DNA of 64,000 bases from Clostridia bacterium (GCA_021203845.1 JAJQAK010000185.1:1731-65730), one strand, 5' to 3'; positions 51,933 through 60,901 are shown, counted from the first letter of the stretch. The notes: generated by a model not told the origin, from the letters alone. Translations and numbers: made by a program.

Positions 51933-52883
51933 TCAAGCGGCGATTAAGCCGCTCTTTGCGCTCATCCTTTCCTCTGCGTCCGTCATGTACTTGCATATCT
52001 TGCTCGCCTCCGTCACGGCTTTAAACAGCGCGTTCGGGTTTTCCTTGATTGCCACCTTCCACGAGTCGATATACGCGGCCGAGTTCTCTATGTGGCTTTC
52101 CGTTATCGCCACACCGAACTCCTGACCTATGAACAGCGACGCTATCTCGGCTATGAGTTCTTCCTGCGCATATGTCTTGCTCCCGAAATGACCACTCAAA
52201 TCTCTGTTCAGCCTTTCCTTTGCGCCCGTCGAGTGGGCTATCTCGTGCAATGCGACGCCATAGAAGTCATCGTCGCTCACGAAGTTCTTTCTTACCGGAA
52301 GATGTATCTCGTCTTTCATGGGCACGTAGCAGGCCTCGCCCCCTCCGTACACTATCTCGCACTCACTCTCACTCCAGTTCCCAATGAACTCGTCTATGCG
52401 GTCGTTTATGTTCTCCGTGTGTTTCACGATGTATTCGGGCATATCTTTTATGAGGCTACAGTTGAACACCATATAGTATTTGCGGACGGTGTACACATTG
52501 TCGCGCAGATATTTCTTCGCCTCGTCCGTGTCCATGTCCTCCAGCGTCGCCCTCGTAAACGCCTTATGCGTCATTTTGTCGTACGTCTCGAAATACTCGA
52601 CGGGCACTCCGGCGTTCGTGCCGAGACATTTCCCCTCCTCGTCTCTCTTGAACGACAGTCCCGCCTTCTTCATGGCATTGAACGTCATCCAGCGGCAGTC
52701 CTCATACCCCCTCGCCATTGATACGAGCGACAACAGCAATTCATTGTCGCCCCTATACGGCTTTCCATTTGGGGACATCATATATCCGCCTTTCCAGCCC
52801 TGTTTCCAAACACAACCCTTGTCAAGGTTTTCCATCAGCGTGTCCACCAGCATTTTCTGCGCTTTCGATAACTTTTCTTCCAT
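51933..52883 (-). CDS. ardC: ArdC-like anti-restriction protein (ssDNA-binding N-domain plus HExxH metallopeptidase)
   Basis: ATG at 52883 follows TTGAGAGGTGACGGT. The N-domain pattern is ...PYRGDNELLLSLVSMARGYEDCRWMTFNAMKKAG. The C-domain has VALHEIAHSTG (about 52225-52255). Confidence 0.75.
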   Translation of the reverse strand: MEEKLSKAQKMLVDTLMENLDKGCVWKQGWKGGYMMSPNGKPYRGDNELLLSLVSMARGYEDCRWMTFNAMKKAGLSFKRDEEGKCLGTNAGVPVEYFETYDKMTHKAFTRATLEDMDTDEAKKYLRDNVYTVRKYYMVFNCSLIKDMPEYIVKHTENINDRIDEFIGNWSESECEIVYGGGEACYVPMKDEIHLPVRKNFVSDDDFYGVALHEIAHSTGAKERLNRDLSGHFGSKTYAQEELIAEIASLFIGQEFGVAITESHIENSAAYIDSWKVAIKENPNALFKAVTEASKICKYMTDAEERMSAKSGLIAA

Positions 52884-52989
52884 ACCGTCACCTCTCAATC
52901 ATCTATCCTTTCGAGCGGGCTCATTGGCGCGGGTTCGCTCGCCTCCCGCGGACGACGGGTCGCCCCGTCGTTTCGCCTTTCTCTCCTCG

Positions 52990-53238
52990 CTATGCGGCGG
53001 TCTTTCTCGCCCCCTTGAACATTCCCGTGTCACGGTCGCGGGATGTGTGCGGTTGTATCTCAACCTGCCAATATCCTTTGTTGTTTTGCCACAGTTTCGT
53101 AACCGCCGTGGGGGTCGTGTTTCCGAAGTACGTCGCGCGTACCGTCTCGCCCTCATCATTGACGACAGTCATCGTCCAGTAGTTCTGATTGCGCGCCGTG
53201 GTCTTTCTTTCTATCAATTCAAATTCATATCCCTTCAT
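52990..53238 (-). CDS. Small protein, duplicated gene (copy A)
   Basis: 82 aa, MKGYEFELIE...YFGNTTPTAVTK...EIQPHTSRDRDTGMFKG. It is paralogous to 55937..56185. Confidence 0.7.
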   Translation of the reverse strand: MKGYEFELIERKTTARNQNYWTMTVVNDEGETVRATYFGNTTPTAVTKLWQNNKGYWQVEIQPHTSRDRDTGMFKGARKTAA

Positions 53239-53336
53239 ATCTCACCTCTCAAATATCTCACCCGTGACCTCGGTCAAGAGCCTTTCTCTCCCCCTCATCA
53301 CACCTATATTATAGCATATTGTATTTACCATGTCAA
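53239..53336 (-). promoter_or_regulatory. Early promoter-leader cassette 1
   Basis: The -35 TTGACA is at 53336-53331 and the -10 TGCTATAAT at 53313-53308. Then come the invariant box ATAGGTGTGATGAGGGGGAGAG and ...GATATTTGAGAGGTGAGATATG. Confidence 0.75.
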
Positions 53337-53405
53337 TAGTTTTTTGCAAATATTTTAAAACTTTTTTTACTTTTTTCAAAATAATTTCAAAAATATTCAC
53401 GTATC

Positions 53406-53429
53406 CGAAAAGAGCCGGGATTGCTCCCG
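53406..53429 (-). terminator. Candidate terminator CGGGA-GCAA-UCCCG-GCUCUUUUCGG
   Basis: A 5-bp stem (53429-53425 and 53420-53416) plus a U-rich tail, downstream of the stop at 53498. Confidence 0.4.
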
Positions 53430-53497
53430 ACCCTCTTGGGGGATATGTAAAAAATCAAATGTTCTGACCTTATGTACTCCTTTTCTGTATCGCCCTT

Positions 53498-53857
53498 CTA
53501 CGAACTCTCGCGGCGACTCATTACTTCCTCGAAACACCCGATTGTCTTGTCCTCTATGGCGCTTGCCATCGGAAGAATCTTTTTCTCGATAAGCGGCACA
53601 ATGAACTTTCCCATGTGCGTAAACTTGTCGGCATCTTCCCACTCGCCCGTCTTTATGTCGTACGTGCCGGTGAGCTTGTCGGCTATACGGAAATGATTAC
53701 TCAAATCATACCAACCGAGCCCGTGTCTGTATACATCTAAAACGTCCGACCCGATTGTGAGTCTCGCGTAATAGAAATCACTATCGTCTTTCTGATTCCA
53801 AAGTATGACGTCGAACGCCGTTGCGGTCTTTGTCCTCTCCACTTCTTCCAGTCTCAT
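53498..53857 (-). CDS. Hypothetical early protein
   Basis: 119-aa ORF. Confidence 0.6.
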   Translation of the reverse strand: MRLEEVERTKTATAFDVILWNQKDDSDFYYARLTIGSDVLDVYRHGLGWYDLSNHFRIADKLTGTYDIKTGEWEDADKFTHMGKFIVPLIEKKILPMASAIEDKTIGCFEEVMSRRESS

Positions 53858-53927
53858 TCTATTCCCTCCGCTTTTATATGGGCTCTCCGCAAGCCGTTTG
53901 TTTCCCTTGAGTATTTACCCGTGCCTT

Positions 53928-54291
53928 TCAAATACTGCCGTGTACGCGCGGATATGAGCGTCTCATGGCGTTTTCGTCCACATTTACCCGACTGACTCTC
54001 ATAACCTCGACGCGTCCGTTCCTGATTGTCACATCGTAATCTTGGTTTTTAAGTTCAGGATGCGCGAACAGCAAGCCTTTAATTTCCATATCGAACTCAT
54101 GCGTTTCCGGCAACAGCCAGCCGTCGCTCATAAGCCCGTAAAGCCCGATATGCGTGCAGGAAGTATCGTCATTCCCATAGTAGAAGTCCAATGTGAGCCC
54201 ATCGCCTCTGCACTCCTTGACGGCCAATAAATCCTCTTTGTGACCGTTCACGTAAAGGCAGCCCTCGAATTTGTATCTTTCCAATATCATG
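53928..54291 (-). CDS. Hypothetical early protein (shares an F-[AS]-HPE-[LI]-K motif with 59724..60068)
   Basis: I prefer the ATG at 54291 (MILERYKF), which follows GGAGGCGTGAGGAC. The longer track ORF would overlap the upstream gene. Confidence 0.55.
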
Positions 54292-54294
54292 TCC

Positions 54295-54501
54295 TCACGC
54301 CTCCCCATATGTCTTGTAAGCCGAGCTTTCCGCTCTCTCGATATACTTGTCGATGTCGGCAACCTCTCTTGAAATCGCCCTGTACTGGTCCAAAAGCCCT
54401 TTTAAAAGGCTGTATGCCCGCATAAGTTCCGCAAGGTCGTATCTGCCCTCCGTCGCCATTCTGTTGATTCTCATCTGCATATCGAAAATCTTGTCTTCCA
54501 T
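54295..54501 (-). CDS. Hypothetical early protein
   Basis: 68-aa helical ORF. Confidence 0.5.
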   Translation of the reverse strand: MEDKIFDMQMRINRMATEGRYDLAELMRAYSLLKGLLDQYRAISREVADIDKYIERAESSAYKTYGEA

Positions 54502-54513
54502 ATCGTCACCTCC

Positions 54514-54879
54514 TTATGCCGTAACCGGCTCTTTGTGCTTTCTCGCGGCCTCCGCCTTATTGAGCTTCTTCGCCCTGTTTATAACGCTCACGGGGTTTCC
54601 GAGCTTCTTGTCGTATTTTTTCATCGCCCTCGCAAGCCGTATCAACATATCAAGCGTCTCACTGTCCGATATGGGATGCGCACCATAATAATGTTTGTCG
54701 ATAAGCATCTCAATCATGTAGTACATATCGCCCCATATGTCGCCGGTGTCCATGAACCCGAAGTCTCTTATGCGACCGATGATGAGCATCCTGCATATGT
54801 TGTACCACCGGTCGATTTCCTTGTCGATTGCCTCGCTGCTTATGAGCTTTACCTTTCCGTTTATGTATACTTCCGACAT
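54514..54879 (-). CDS. Hypothetical early protein
   Basis: 121-aa ORF. Confidence 0.55.
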   Translation of the reverse strand: MSEVYINGKVKLISSEAIDKEIDRWYNICRMLIIGRIRDFGFMDTGDIWGDMYYMIEMLIDKHYYGAHPISDSETLDMLIRLARAMKKYDKKLGNPVSVINRAKKLNKAEAARKHKEPVTA

Positions 54880-55166
54880 CTTATCCCCTCCTCAATCTCT
54901 TTCCTTTCTCTGTCCGTGAGTTTCCTTATGAACTCGCAAAACAACTTAATTGCCTTTTCCTGCTCCTCGGTTATGACCGCCTTGTGCATTTCAAGTTTCC
55001 GTTTCTCAATGTCGTAGCAACCGAAGTTCTTATTATATCCGTTCATTTCTTTTATGTCGTCGTGTGTGCTTTCAAAGCTGATAATGTTTGAGCCCATCAC
55101 CCTCGACGCTCTCACGCCGTCAAACTCCAGCTCGTAGATATATCCGAATCTCTCAATGTCCGCCAT
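54861..55166 (-). CDS. Hypothetical early protein
   Basis: ATG at 55166 (MADIERFGYIYE) follows GGAGGTGAGAGT. The track ORF extends spuriously upstream. Confidence 0.55.
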   Translation of the reverse strand: MADIERFGYIYELEFDGVRASRVMGSNIISFESTHDDIKEMNGYNKNFGCYDIEKRKLEMHKAVITEEQEKAIKLFCEFIRKLTDRERKEIEEGIRCRKYT

Positions 55167-55182
55167 ACTCTCACCTCCCATA

Positions 55183-55845
55183 TCACTCGTCCGCCCAGTA
55201 AGTCCAAATGTTGAGTTTTGACGTGCCGTATTTCTTGAGGTACGCCTGAAGTCTTTTCTCGAACCTCCCCCTCTCAATGAGGTATGCCCTCAAAAGATTG
55301 TACAGGTCATTCTCGGTAAGCGGGATGTACTTGTGCGGTCCGTCCACCTCCTCGCCGTAACAATCCCACTTTGCGGGGTTAAAGATGCTGAAGTAAGCGT
55401 GTTCCTCGCTGCCTCCGCAGTAGTGAGGCGCACCACTCACGCAATGATAGCGGGCAGGACATTCCAAAGCGTCCATTATCGGCTCGATTTTGCAATCGAA
55501 TTTGTCTTTCAAATTCTCGGCATAGAAGTATTTGCCTCCATCCGTTGCACATCCGTAAGCGGCCTCCGTCGCATCCTCGCTCTCTCTGTACCCTCCGCAG
55601 TAACCATACCCGAAACAGAAATGCGTGTCTATGTTCTCTTTCTCAATATCCACGAGACGCCCACAGTCAAGCTCTACAAGCCTCGCCGTTCTTCCCAAGA
55701 ACCATTTCACGTACCGCTCGTCGCCCCATGTCGCCCTGGCCATCGGCTCGAACCGCTCAAACAGCCTTTTCTGCTCCTCGACATCCGCTTTCTTTTCTTC
55801 TCCCGTCAAATAGATACTGTCAATTCTTCTCTTTACTCCATACAT
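55183..55845 (-). CDS. Hypothetical early protein, Cys/Tyr/Gly-rich
   Basis: ATG at 55845 (MYGVKRRIDS) follows GGGAGGTGCGAT. Confidence 0.6.
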   Translation of the reverse strand: MYGVKRRIDSIYLTGEEKKADVEEQKRLFERFEPMARATWGDERYVKWFLGRTARLVELDCGRLVDIEKENIDTHFCFGYGYCGGYRESEDATEAAYGCATDGGKYFYAENLKDKFDCKIEPIMDALECPARYHCVSGAPHYCGGSEEHAYFSIFNPAKWDCYGEEVDGPHKYIPLTENDLYNLLRAYLIERGRFEKRLQAYLKKYGTSKLNIWTYWADE

Positions 55846-55936
55846 ATCGCACCTCCCAATCTCAAAGTCCCATGAGCTCCTCACCCATCACATACTCACA
55901 TATCTCTCTTATCGACTGTCTTGGTCAAGCCGTGGC

Positions 55937-56185
55937 TCACGCTACGACCTTCCTTGAACCCTTGAACATTCCCGTGTCACGGTCGCGGGACGTGTGCGGC
56001 TGAATCTCTGCCTGATAGTAACCATACTTGTTCATGTACACTTTCGTAACCTCGGTCGGGGTCGTGTTCCCAAAGTACGTCGCCTGAACCACCTCGCCGT
56101 CCTCAAGCGTCACATTCATAACGTAGTAATTGCAGTTCCTTGCCGTCCTATCCTTTTTAACAATCTCAAAAGCATATCCCTTCAT
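55937..56185 (-). CDS. Small protein, duplicated gene (copy B)
   Basis: 82 aa, MKGYAFEIVK...YFGNTTPTEVTK...EIQPHTSRDRDTGMFKG. Confidence 0.7.
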   Translation of the reverse strand: MKGYAFEIVKKDRTARNCNYYVMNVTLEDGEVVQATYFGNTTPTEVTKVYMNKYGYYQAEIQPHTSRDRDTGMFKGSRKVVA

Positions 56186-56283
56186 ATCTCACCTCTCAAA
56201 TATCTCACCCGTGACCTCGGTCAAGAGCCTTTCTCTCCCCCTCATCACATCTATATATTACCACTTTCCGATGTGTTTGTCAA
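56186..56283 (-). promoter_or_regulatory. Early promoter-leader cassette 2
   Basis: The -35 TTGACA is at 56283-56278 and the -10 TGGTAATAT at 56260-56255. The leader is identical to cassette 1 from ATAGATGTGATGAGGGGGAGAG through to the ATG. Confidence 0.7.
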
Positions 56284-56344
56284 TACTTTTTTGCAAATTT
56301 TTTTGAACTTTTTCAAATTATTTTAAAATTTTTTCAAACAAACA

Positions 56345-56378
56345 CCAAAACAAAAGAACCGAGGTTATCTTCCCGGCT
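56345..56378 (-). terminator. Candidate terminator AGCCGGG-loop-CCUCGGUU-CUUUUGUUUUGG
   Basis: A 7-bp stem with two G-U pairs, then a U-rich tail, directly after the stop at 56388. Confidence 0.4.
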
Positions 56379-56387
56379 CTCTCGATT

Positions 56388-56819
56388 CTATGCCGCAAGT
56401 CTCGCATTTCCCGCAAGCCAAGCGGTTATGGTGTTTACCAGCGCCTTCTCAAACAGGGCCATGCTCATGTCGTATGCCTTGCCCCTTGTTAGTTTTTCGG
56501 GGGTGTATTCCGAATCAATGACTTCCGGAGCCACGCACACACAACGATATGCCGTTCTCAGCGCCTCCAAGGCCTCGTCGAAATTCTCTTTTATGAACTT
56601 CACAATTTCGTCCGTCACGAAGTCCTCTGTTTCTTCGGGCTCACACACACTCTCTGCTTCCCAGTAATAATGCTCGATTACTATATAGGAGCCGTCTATG
56701 AACGGCCTTACGCGGGCGTATACGACTTCAGGAGAGCTGTTGTGCAACTCGTCCCGAAGTTCATGTGTTTCTATGGCCCAATAGAACTCACTCCTCACGT
56801 AGTCGTCTATGTATGTCAT
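56388..56819 (-). CDS. Hypothetical early protein
   Basis: 143-aa acidic ORF. Confidence 0.6.
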   Translation of the reverse strand: MTYIDDYVRSEFYWAIETHELRDELHNSSPEVVYARVRPFIDGSYIVIEHYYWEAESVCEPEETEDFVTDEIVKFIKENFDEALEALRTAYRCVCVAPEVIDSEYTPEKLTRGKAYDMSMALFEKALVNTITAWLAGNARLAA

Positions 56820-57247
56820 TTTGCCTCCTTTACGGGGCTTATGCCCATTTTGCTTATAACAGAGTATTTCTTAACCTTCTCGCCATCCTCCTCCACGCAT
56901 TCCGTGTTAAGATACTCATAAAGATATACACTCACGTTCAGCCCATTTACTGCGTTCCTATACTTTTCAAGCAGGAAGTTGTTTCTGTCTCGAATCATGT
57001 CAACGGAGCAAAGAGAGATATACCCCTTCCCCTCTTGAACCGATGATTTGACCACGACATCGCACCATGCTGTTTCTCCGGTCGCGTTGTGAGTCGTATT
57101 TATGTCGATTTCGTACCCACTCGTCTTTTTGTCGTACAACTCAAACGACTCACTCGCATATATCAGCCTTCCGCCGTCTTTCTCAAGCTGCTCGATAACC
57201 AAAGTTTTTGCGGCCAACCAATCTTTTCTTTCCGCTGTCATTTCCAT
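56816..57247 (-). CDS. Hypothetical early protein
   Basis: 143-aa ORF with a 4-nt overlap with the downstream gene. Confidence 0.6.
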   Translation of the reverse strand: MEMTAERKDWLAAKTLVIEQLEKDGGRLIYASESFELYDKKTSGYEIDINTTHNATGETAWCDVVVKSSVQEGKGYISLCSVDMIRDRNNFLLEKYRNAVNGLNVSVYLYEYLNTECVEEDGEKVKKYSVISKMGISPVKEAK

Positions 57248-57251
57248 AGCT

Positions 57252-57512
57252 TCACCTCCCGAATCTCATTGATTTTATGTTTATATACCTGAAGTGCATA
57301 ACCCGTCCGTCCTCAAGCACAAGGTCTATCGTGCGGGCGTCCAGCCCCTCCATGTCCCATTGAAATTTACCCTCGAACGTTTCGCCGTTGTAGGTCGTCA
57401 CGGCACACGGCTCATTGTAAAGAGCCTCCATAGCGTCCCAACCATAATATCTGAAAACTTTGTCTTTCGTGCTAATTCCCGTATGCTGTCTTGTAAGATT
57501 TGTGTTTTCCAT
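57252..57512 (-). CDS. Hypothetical early protein
   Basis: 86-aa ORF. Confidence 0.55.
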   Translation of the reverse strand: MENTNLTRQHTGISTKDKVFRYYGWDAMEALYNEPCAVTTYNGETFEGKFQWDMEGLDARTIDLVLEDGRVMHFRYINIKSMRFGR

Positions 57513-57527
57513 ATCTGCAACCTCCTC

Positions 57528-58134
57528 TCAAAATTTTCTCATGTATATCTTGTCGAACAGTGTTGAGCTTACTCTTATGACCGCTCTGTAGTTGCCGTTC
57601 ATGTCACATCCACCGATTACGCGCGCCCTTGCGTATGCCCCAATGACCGCCTGCTCCAGTTTGGTTGCCTTCTCACAAACCTCATTTCTGTCCTTGCATC
57701 TAACCTCGATGTAGTTGTCCCAAATGTCGGCATACAGACTTATGTTAGTATTTTCACCTATGCACTCACCCATGTACTCATTTACAAACTCAGCGAGATT
57801 CCTATTCAAGAACTTCTCCGTGGCGTAGTCCTTACAAATTGTCAACCCGGGCTTTTTCTCCATGACGACACCGTTTCTTACTGACTCCATAATTCCCTCG
57901 ATTATGTCGTCCTCGTCACTATCTTTCCAGCTGAACCAGTAATCCGCGATATACCGGTCATCCGCATGGCTGTATTTCATGTCATATTTGCGCCCATTCT
58001 TAATGAAATAACGGGTTTTAAATGCCACCTCGTTTATTTCCCTCTCGGACACCCCTTTTGTGTTTGACCTGTCGAGGTCTAAAAACCTCACCCCTCTCAC
58101 CGTCGTGTATTCAAGAATCTTTTCGCTCGTCATA
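57528..58134 (-). CDS. Hypothetical early protein
   Basis: ATG at 58134 (MTSEKILEY) follows GGAGGTGTGAT. Confidence 0.6.
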
Positions 58135-58144
58135 TCACACCTCC

Positions 58145-58468
58145 TCAAACAATCACGCTCACGGTCGCCCCGTAAAGCCCTCTGTAATCCCTGTCGTGAT
58201 GGCAGTGGATTCTTGCCTTGCCTATCGCTTCGGCGATTCTGTATGCCCTTTCAGCCACGCGACTTTTGTTTTCGTTTTTGACCTCGGCGTACTCGCCATA
58301 CTCATCCGCGCACATGAACACAACCTCGCCGTCACTTGCCGCATCGTTCACGCTCTTGATAAACCCCATGTCGATGTACTTCATGGTTTTCTCGTCACAG
58401 GCGACCCGCACGCCATTTTTAAGCCCTCTGTTCATTATTGCGTTTCTCATAACCAGTTCTTTCGACAT
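58145..58468 (-). CDS. Hypothetical early protein
   Basis: ATG at 58468 (MSKELVMRN) follows TTGAGAGGTGGCGAT. Confidence 0.6.
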   Translation of the reverse strand: MSKELVMRNAIMNRGLKNGVRVACDEKTMKYIDMGFIKSVNDAASDGEVVFMCADEYGEYAEVKNENKSRVAERAYRIAEAIGKARIHCHHDRDYRGLYGATVSVIV

Positions 58469-58555
58469 ATCGCCACCTCTCAAACATCTATTTCTTGGGG
58501 TTTCCTCTCCCCCTCATCACACCTATATTATAGCATATCGGTTTTACCTTGTCAA
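58469..58555 (-). promoter_or_regulatory. Early promoter-leader cassette 3
   Basis: The -35 TTGACA is at 58555-58550 and the -10 TGCTATAAT at 58532-58527. It carries the box ATAGGTGTGATGAGGGGGAGAG. Confidence 0.75.
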
Positions 58556-58599
58556 TACTTTTTTGCAAGTTTTATTAAACTTTTTGCAAATATTTTTTT

Positions 58600-58642
58600 C
58601 GAGCAAAACAAAGGAGCCTCACTATATTCCTTTGAAGCTCCT
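58600..58642 (-). terminator. Strong intrinsic terminator AGGAGCUUCA-loop11-UGAGGCUCCU-UUGUUUUGC
   Basis: A 10-bp stem (58642-58633 and 58621-58612, one G-U pair) followed by a U-tract, downstream of the stop at 58721. Confidence 0.7.
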
Positions 58643-58720
58643 GTATCTTTATGCGTTCTTAGACCACTCCTTGCGTGCCTTTGTGAGACGGTCAATGTCG
58701 CTCCTCAAGACTCCTTTCTT

Positions 58721-59428
58721 TCAGTACCGGTGTGCTTCCCGCCATTCTTCTTCTCCCTTTTTTATTAACTCATCAACGTCTTTTGTCACCATGTCGGTAA
58801 AATATTTTACTTTGAAAAATGCGTTCTTTGAAATCTTTTCACCCATAGTCATTTTCGCAAGACACTCACCGAGGAACCAGTGATAATCTCTCCCCATTCC
58901 GGAAAGCGTTTTTAAGAACTCCTTGTCCTCTTGGTTGCCTCCCGCTATCTGCGTCGGGGCCACGTGGTACACATAGTCAAGTTTGTGTTGCTTTATACCC
59001 GATGAGTGGTGATTGATGTTGTCGATGAGCATACAGCCAAGCGCGAAAGCAGTTGCCGACTCTATCTCTTTGCCCTTAACACAATAATGCGTCTTTGCCC
59101 AATACTTTGCGTCGTCACCCATGCAGTCGCCCACGTACAACGTGTCCATGAAGTAATGGATTCCGGGATGGTCATCCACTTCCACCTTCTTGGGGGCGAT
59201 GTCATAGTTTTCGTGCATTGAAATCACGGTATCGTTTATCCTGTTGCACTGCTCCGCGGTGAGAGCGGGATGATATTCAACCGGTATCCCCAGCGTCTCA
59301 CTCAAATACTTCTCGCACTCCTCACGGGTCTCGAAATGCTCATGCTGCCTTATGTGCCTATGCCCTACATACGGACTCGTCGCCAGCCATTCCCTATGAG
59401 CGTTAATCCTTTCTTCTTTCTTTTCCAT
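58721..59428 (-). CDS. Untagged, catalytically degenerate paralog of the HExxH metallopeptidase cargo
   Basis: 235-aa ORF. LGIPVEYHPALTAEQCNRINDTVISMHENYDIAPKKVEV aligns with LGID...FTAEQCNQINNALMSIYESYGVKPAKIG of 48198..49925. AFALGCML replaces VHELGHML, and WFLGECLAKMTMGEKI aligns with EMFAECFTMYYMGEQL. Confidence 0.6.
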   Translation of the reverse strand: MEKKEERINAHREWLATSPYVGHRHIRQHEHFETREECEKYLSETLGIPVEYHPALTAEQCNRINDTVISMHENYDIAPKKVEVDDHPGIHYFMDTLYVGDCMGDDAKYWAKTHYCVKGKEIESATAFALGCMLIDNINHHSSGIKQHKLDYVYHVAPTQIAGGNQEDKEFLKTLSGMGRDYHWFLGECLAKMTMGEKISKNAFFKVKYFTDMVTKDVDELIKKGEEEWREAHRY

Positions 59429-59600
59429 AACTCACCTCTCAATATCTTATTTTCGGTTTCGAGCATTGATTAACTCTTTCGCACTAACGACCCCACCCGA
59501 CTCATTCCGACAGTGAAACCGCTGTCCCGCTACCATGTCTCTCAAATATCTCTCCCCCTCATCACATCTATATTATATCATGTTGTATTGCTCTTGTCAA
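59429..59600 (-). promoter_or_regulatory. Early promoter-leader cassette 4 (long-leader variant)
   Basis: The -35 TTGACA is at 59600-59595 and the -10 TGATATAAT at 59577-59572. The box ATAGATGTGATGAGGGGGAGAG is directly fused to ATATTTGAGAGA. About 100 extra nt follow before a second TTGAGAGGTGAGTTATG. Confidence 0.65.
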
Positions 59601-59723
59601 TAGTTTCACGCAAATAATTTCATTGTTTTACAAAATATTTTGGGGTTTTACTCAAAGAAAAGGCCCGCAGTTTCCCGTGGGTCTTTCCTGATAATAGAGA
59701 TTCATTTATGGGATGCGTGTAAG

Positions 59724-60068
59724 CTAATCTGTTTCAGACGCATCGTCCGTCTTTTCGTTCTTTGTTATTTCTATCCCTTTCTCTGAACTTACGTGAACCG
59801 TGAAATCCATGTCTTTGATTTCGGGATGACTGAACAGATATTCCCATACCATACGGTCGTGTCCGCTCATCGCGCCATTGCCGTTATATTCCCACTCGTC
59901 CGTCAAAACATAGTACGTCGCTATGAGTTGCATATCTGATTTGTAGACCTGCCAAAACTCCAGCTTTATCTCATCGTCTTCTATGCCTTTCCGTATCTGC
60001 AAATCGTCATAGAACGCAAACGGGCCACCGAAAAACTTCTCGATTGTATAAGTTTCAAGTATCGTCAT
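59724..60068 (-). CDS. Hypothetical early protein (F-S-HPEIK motif paralog)
   Basis: 114-aa ORF. Confidence 0.55.
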   Translation of the reverse strand: MTILETYTIEKFFGGPFAFYDDLQIRKGIEDDEIKLEFWQVYKSDMQLIATYYVLTDEWEYNGNGAMSGHDRMVWEYLFSHPEIKDMDFTVHVSSEKGIEITKNEKTDDASETD

Positions 60069-60471
60069 TCTCGACTCTCCTATTCCACCGCTCGCAAGCG
60101 TCCGTGCCGTTTATCGCCGAATAGAACCCGACGTCTGCGCCACAGCTTCCGCACTCTATCTGCGACTTCCCGAACACAATCCGGTAGTTTAAATTTATGT
60201 TTCCGCAAAACGGGCAGGCTTTGAGTTTCAGCGGCGGTTTTATGTCCGCGCCTTTCTGTTTAACAAAGCTGTTACCCTCGTGGATTTCGGATGTTCTTTT
60301 TCTCCATGCGACCGCAAGCTGCCACGGGTCAAATTCTTTCCCGACGAATATTGTATTTGCCCCGCACTTCGCATTTAAGCACTGTACGGCAAACATCTGT
60401 ACTCCTTTCTCTATTCTCGTCTCGCCTTCGCAAAACGGACAGCTCTTTGTCTCCGGTAATTTCTGTCCCAC
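60055..60471 (-). CDS. Tandem Lar-family (restriction alleviation) zinc-ribbon protein
   Basis: 138 aa with two copies of CPFC-(x)-C..CG...A..W(R/N)(K/R)R. The first copy has CPFCEGE...CLNAKCGA...AVAWRKRT. The second has CPFCGNI...CGSCGA...ACERWNRRV. Confidence 0.65.
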   Translation of the reverse strand: MGQKLPETKSCPFCEGETRIEKGVQMFAVQCLNAKCGANTIFVGKEFDPWQLAVAWRKRTSEIHEGNSFVKQKGADIKPPLKLKACPFCGNINLNYRIVFGKSQIECGSCGADVGFYSAINGTDACERWNRRVENDDT

Positions 60472-60490
60472 AGCATCTCTCCTCGTTTGT

Positions 60491-60901
60491 TTACTCCGCG
60501 TCTATCGCACGATTTGAGTACATGAAGTGGACTCCATGCATCCAATCATCAAAGTTCATTGAGCAACCCGTTCCATCGCCGACTCCAAACCCAAAGTCCG
60601 CACAACACACAAGCTCGCCGTCTTTAAAGCCGTTGAATGTCATCTTGCATCCCTTCCCGCCATAAGCCGAGGGCCTTATGACTGCGTTCTCTGTATAATC
60701 GCCCTCATCACTTAACACGGCGCGATTCCATGCGTCTTTGAGTTGCTTTCTAATGTCCATACCGGTCACCATATCGAAGCTGTTGACGGCCGTCTCGTAG
60801 TCCTTGCCGATTCCTTCCTCAATGTAAGCTATATCATTGTGTAAAAAACGCACATAGTCGATTGTCATCAGCAGTGTATCGTATTGCTGTTCATTCATCA
60901 T
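60491..60901 (-). CDS. Hypothetical early protein
   Basis: ATG at 60901 (MMNEQQYDTL) follows GGAGGTGTGAC and lies one nt after the upstream stop. Confidence 0.55.
   Translation of the reverse strand: MMNEQQYDTLLMTIDYVRFLHNDIAYIEEGIGKDYETAVNSFDMVTGMDIRKQLKDAWNRAVLSDEGDYTENAVIRPSAYGGKGCKMTFNGFKDGELVCCADFGFGVGDGTGCSMNFDDWMHGVHFMYSNRAIDAE

Noticed and set aside
52952-52971. An 8-bp GC-rich hairpin (ACGACGGG-GCGA-CCCGUCGU) between the small gene copy A and ArdC.
   Set aside because: No U-tract follows, and the hairpin is not present after copy B. Its function is unknown, so it was not called as a feature.
53242-53298. An 18-codon upstream ORF (ATG AGG GGG AGA ... TGA) inside the conserved leader box, in frame with and ending one codon before the main ATG.
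   Set aside because: Its ATG lies only about 10 nt after the -10 hexamer, probably within a few nt of the transcript 5' end, and has no properly spaced SD. The reading frame and length are not conserved among the six cassettes.
59655-59690. The hairpin GGCCCGCAG...CCGTGGGTC after the stop at 59724 as the terminator of unit 2.
   Set aside because: In the minus-strand RNA the stem carries A-C mismatches; it is only stable in the plus orientation, where nothing is transcribed. It is possibly a weak terminator, but this is not supported well enough.
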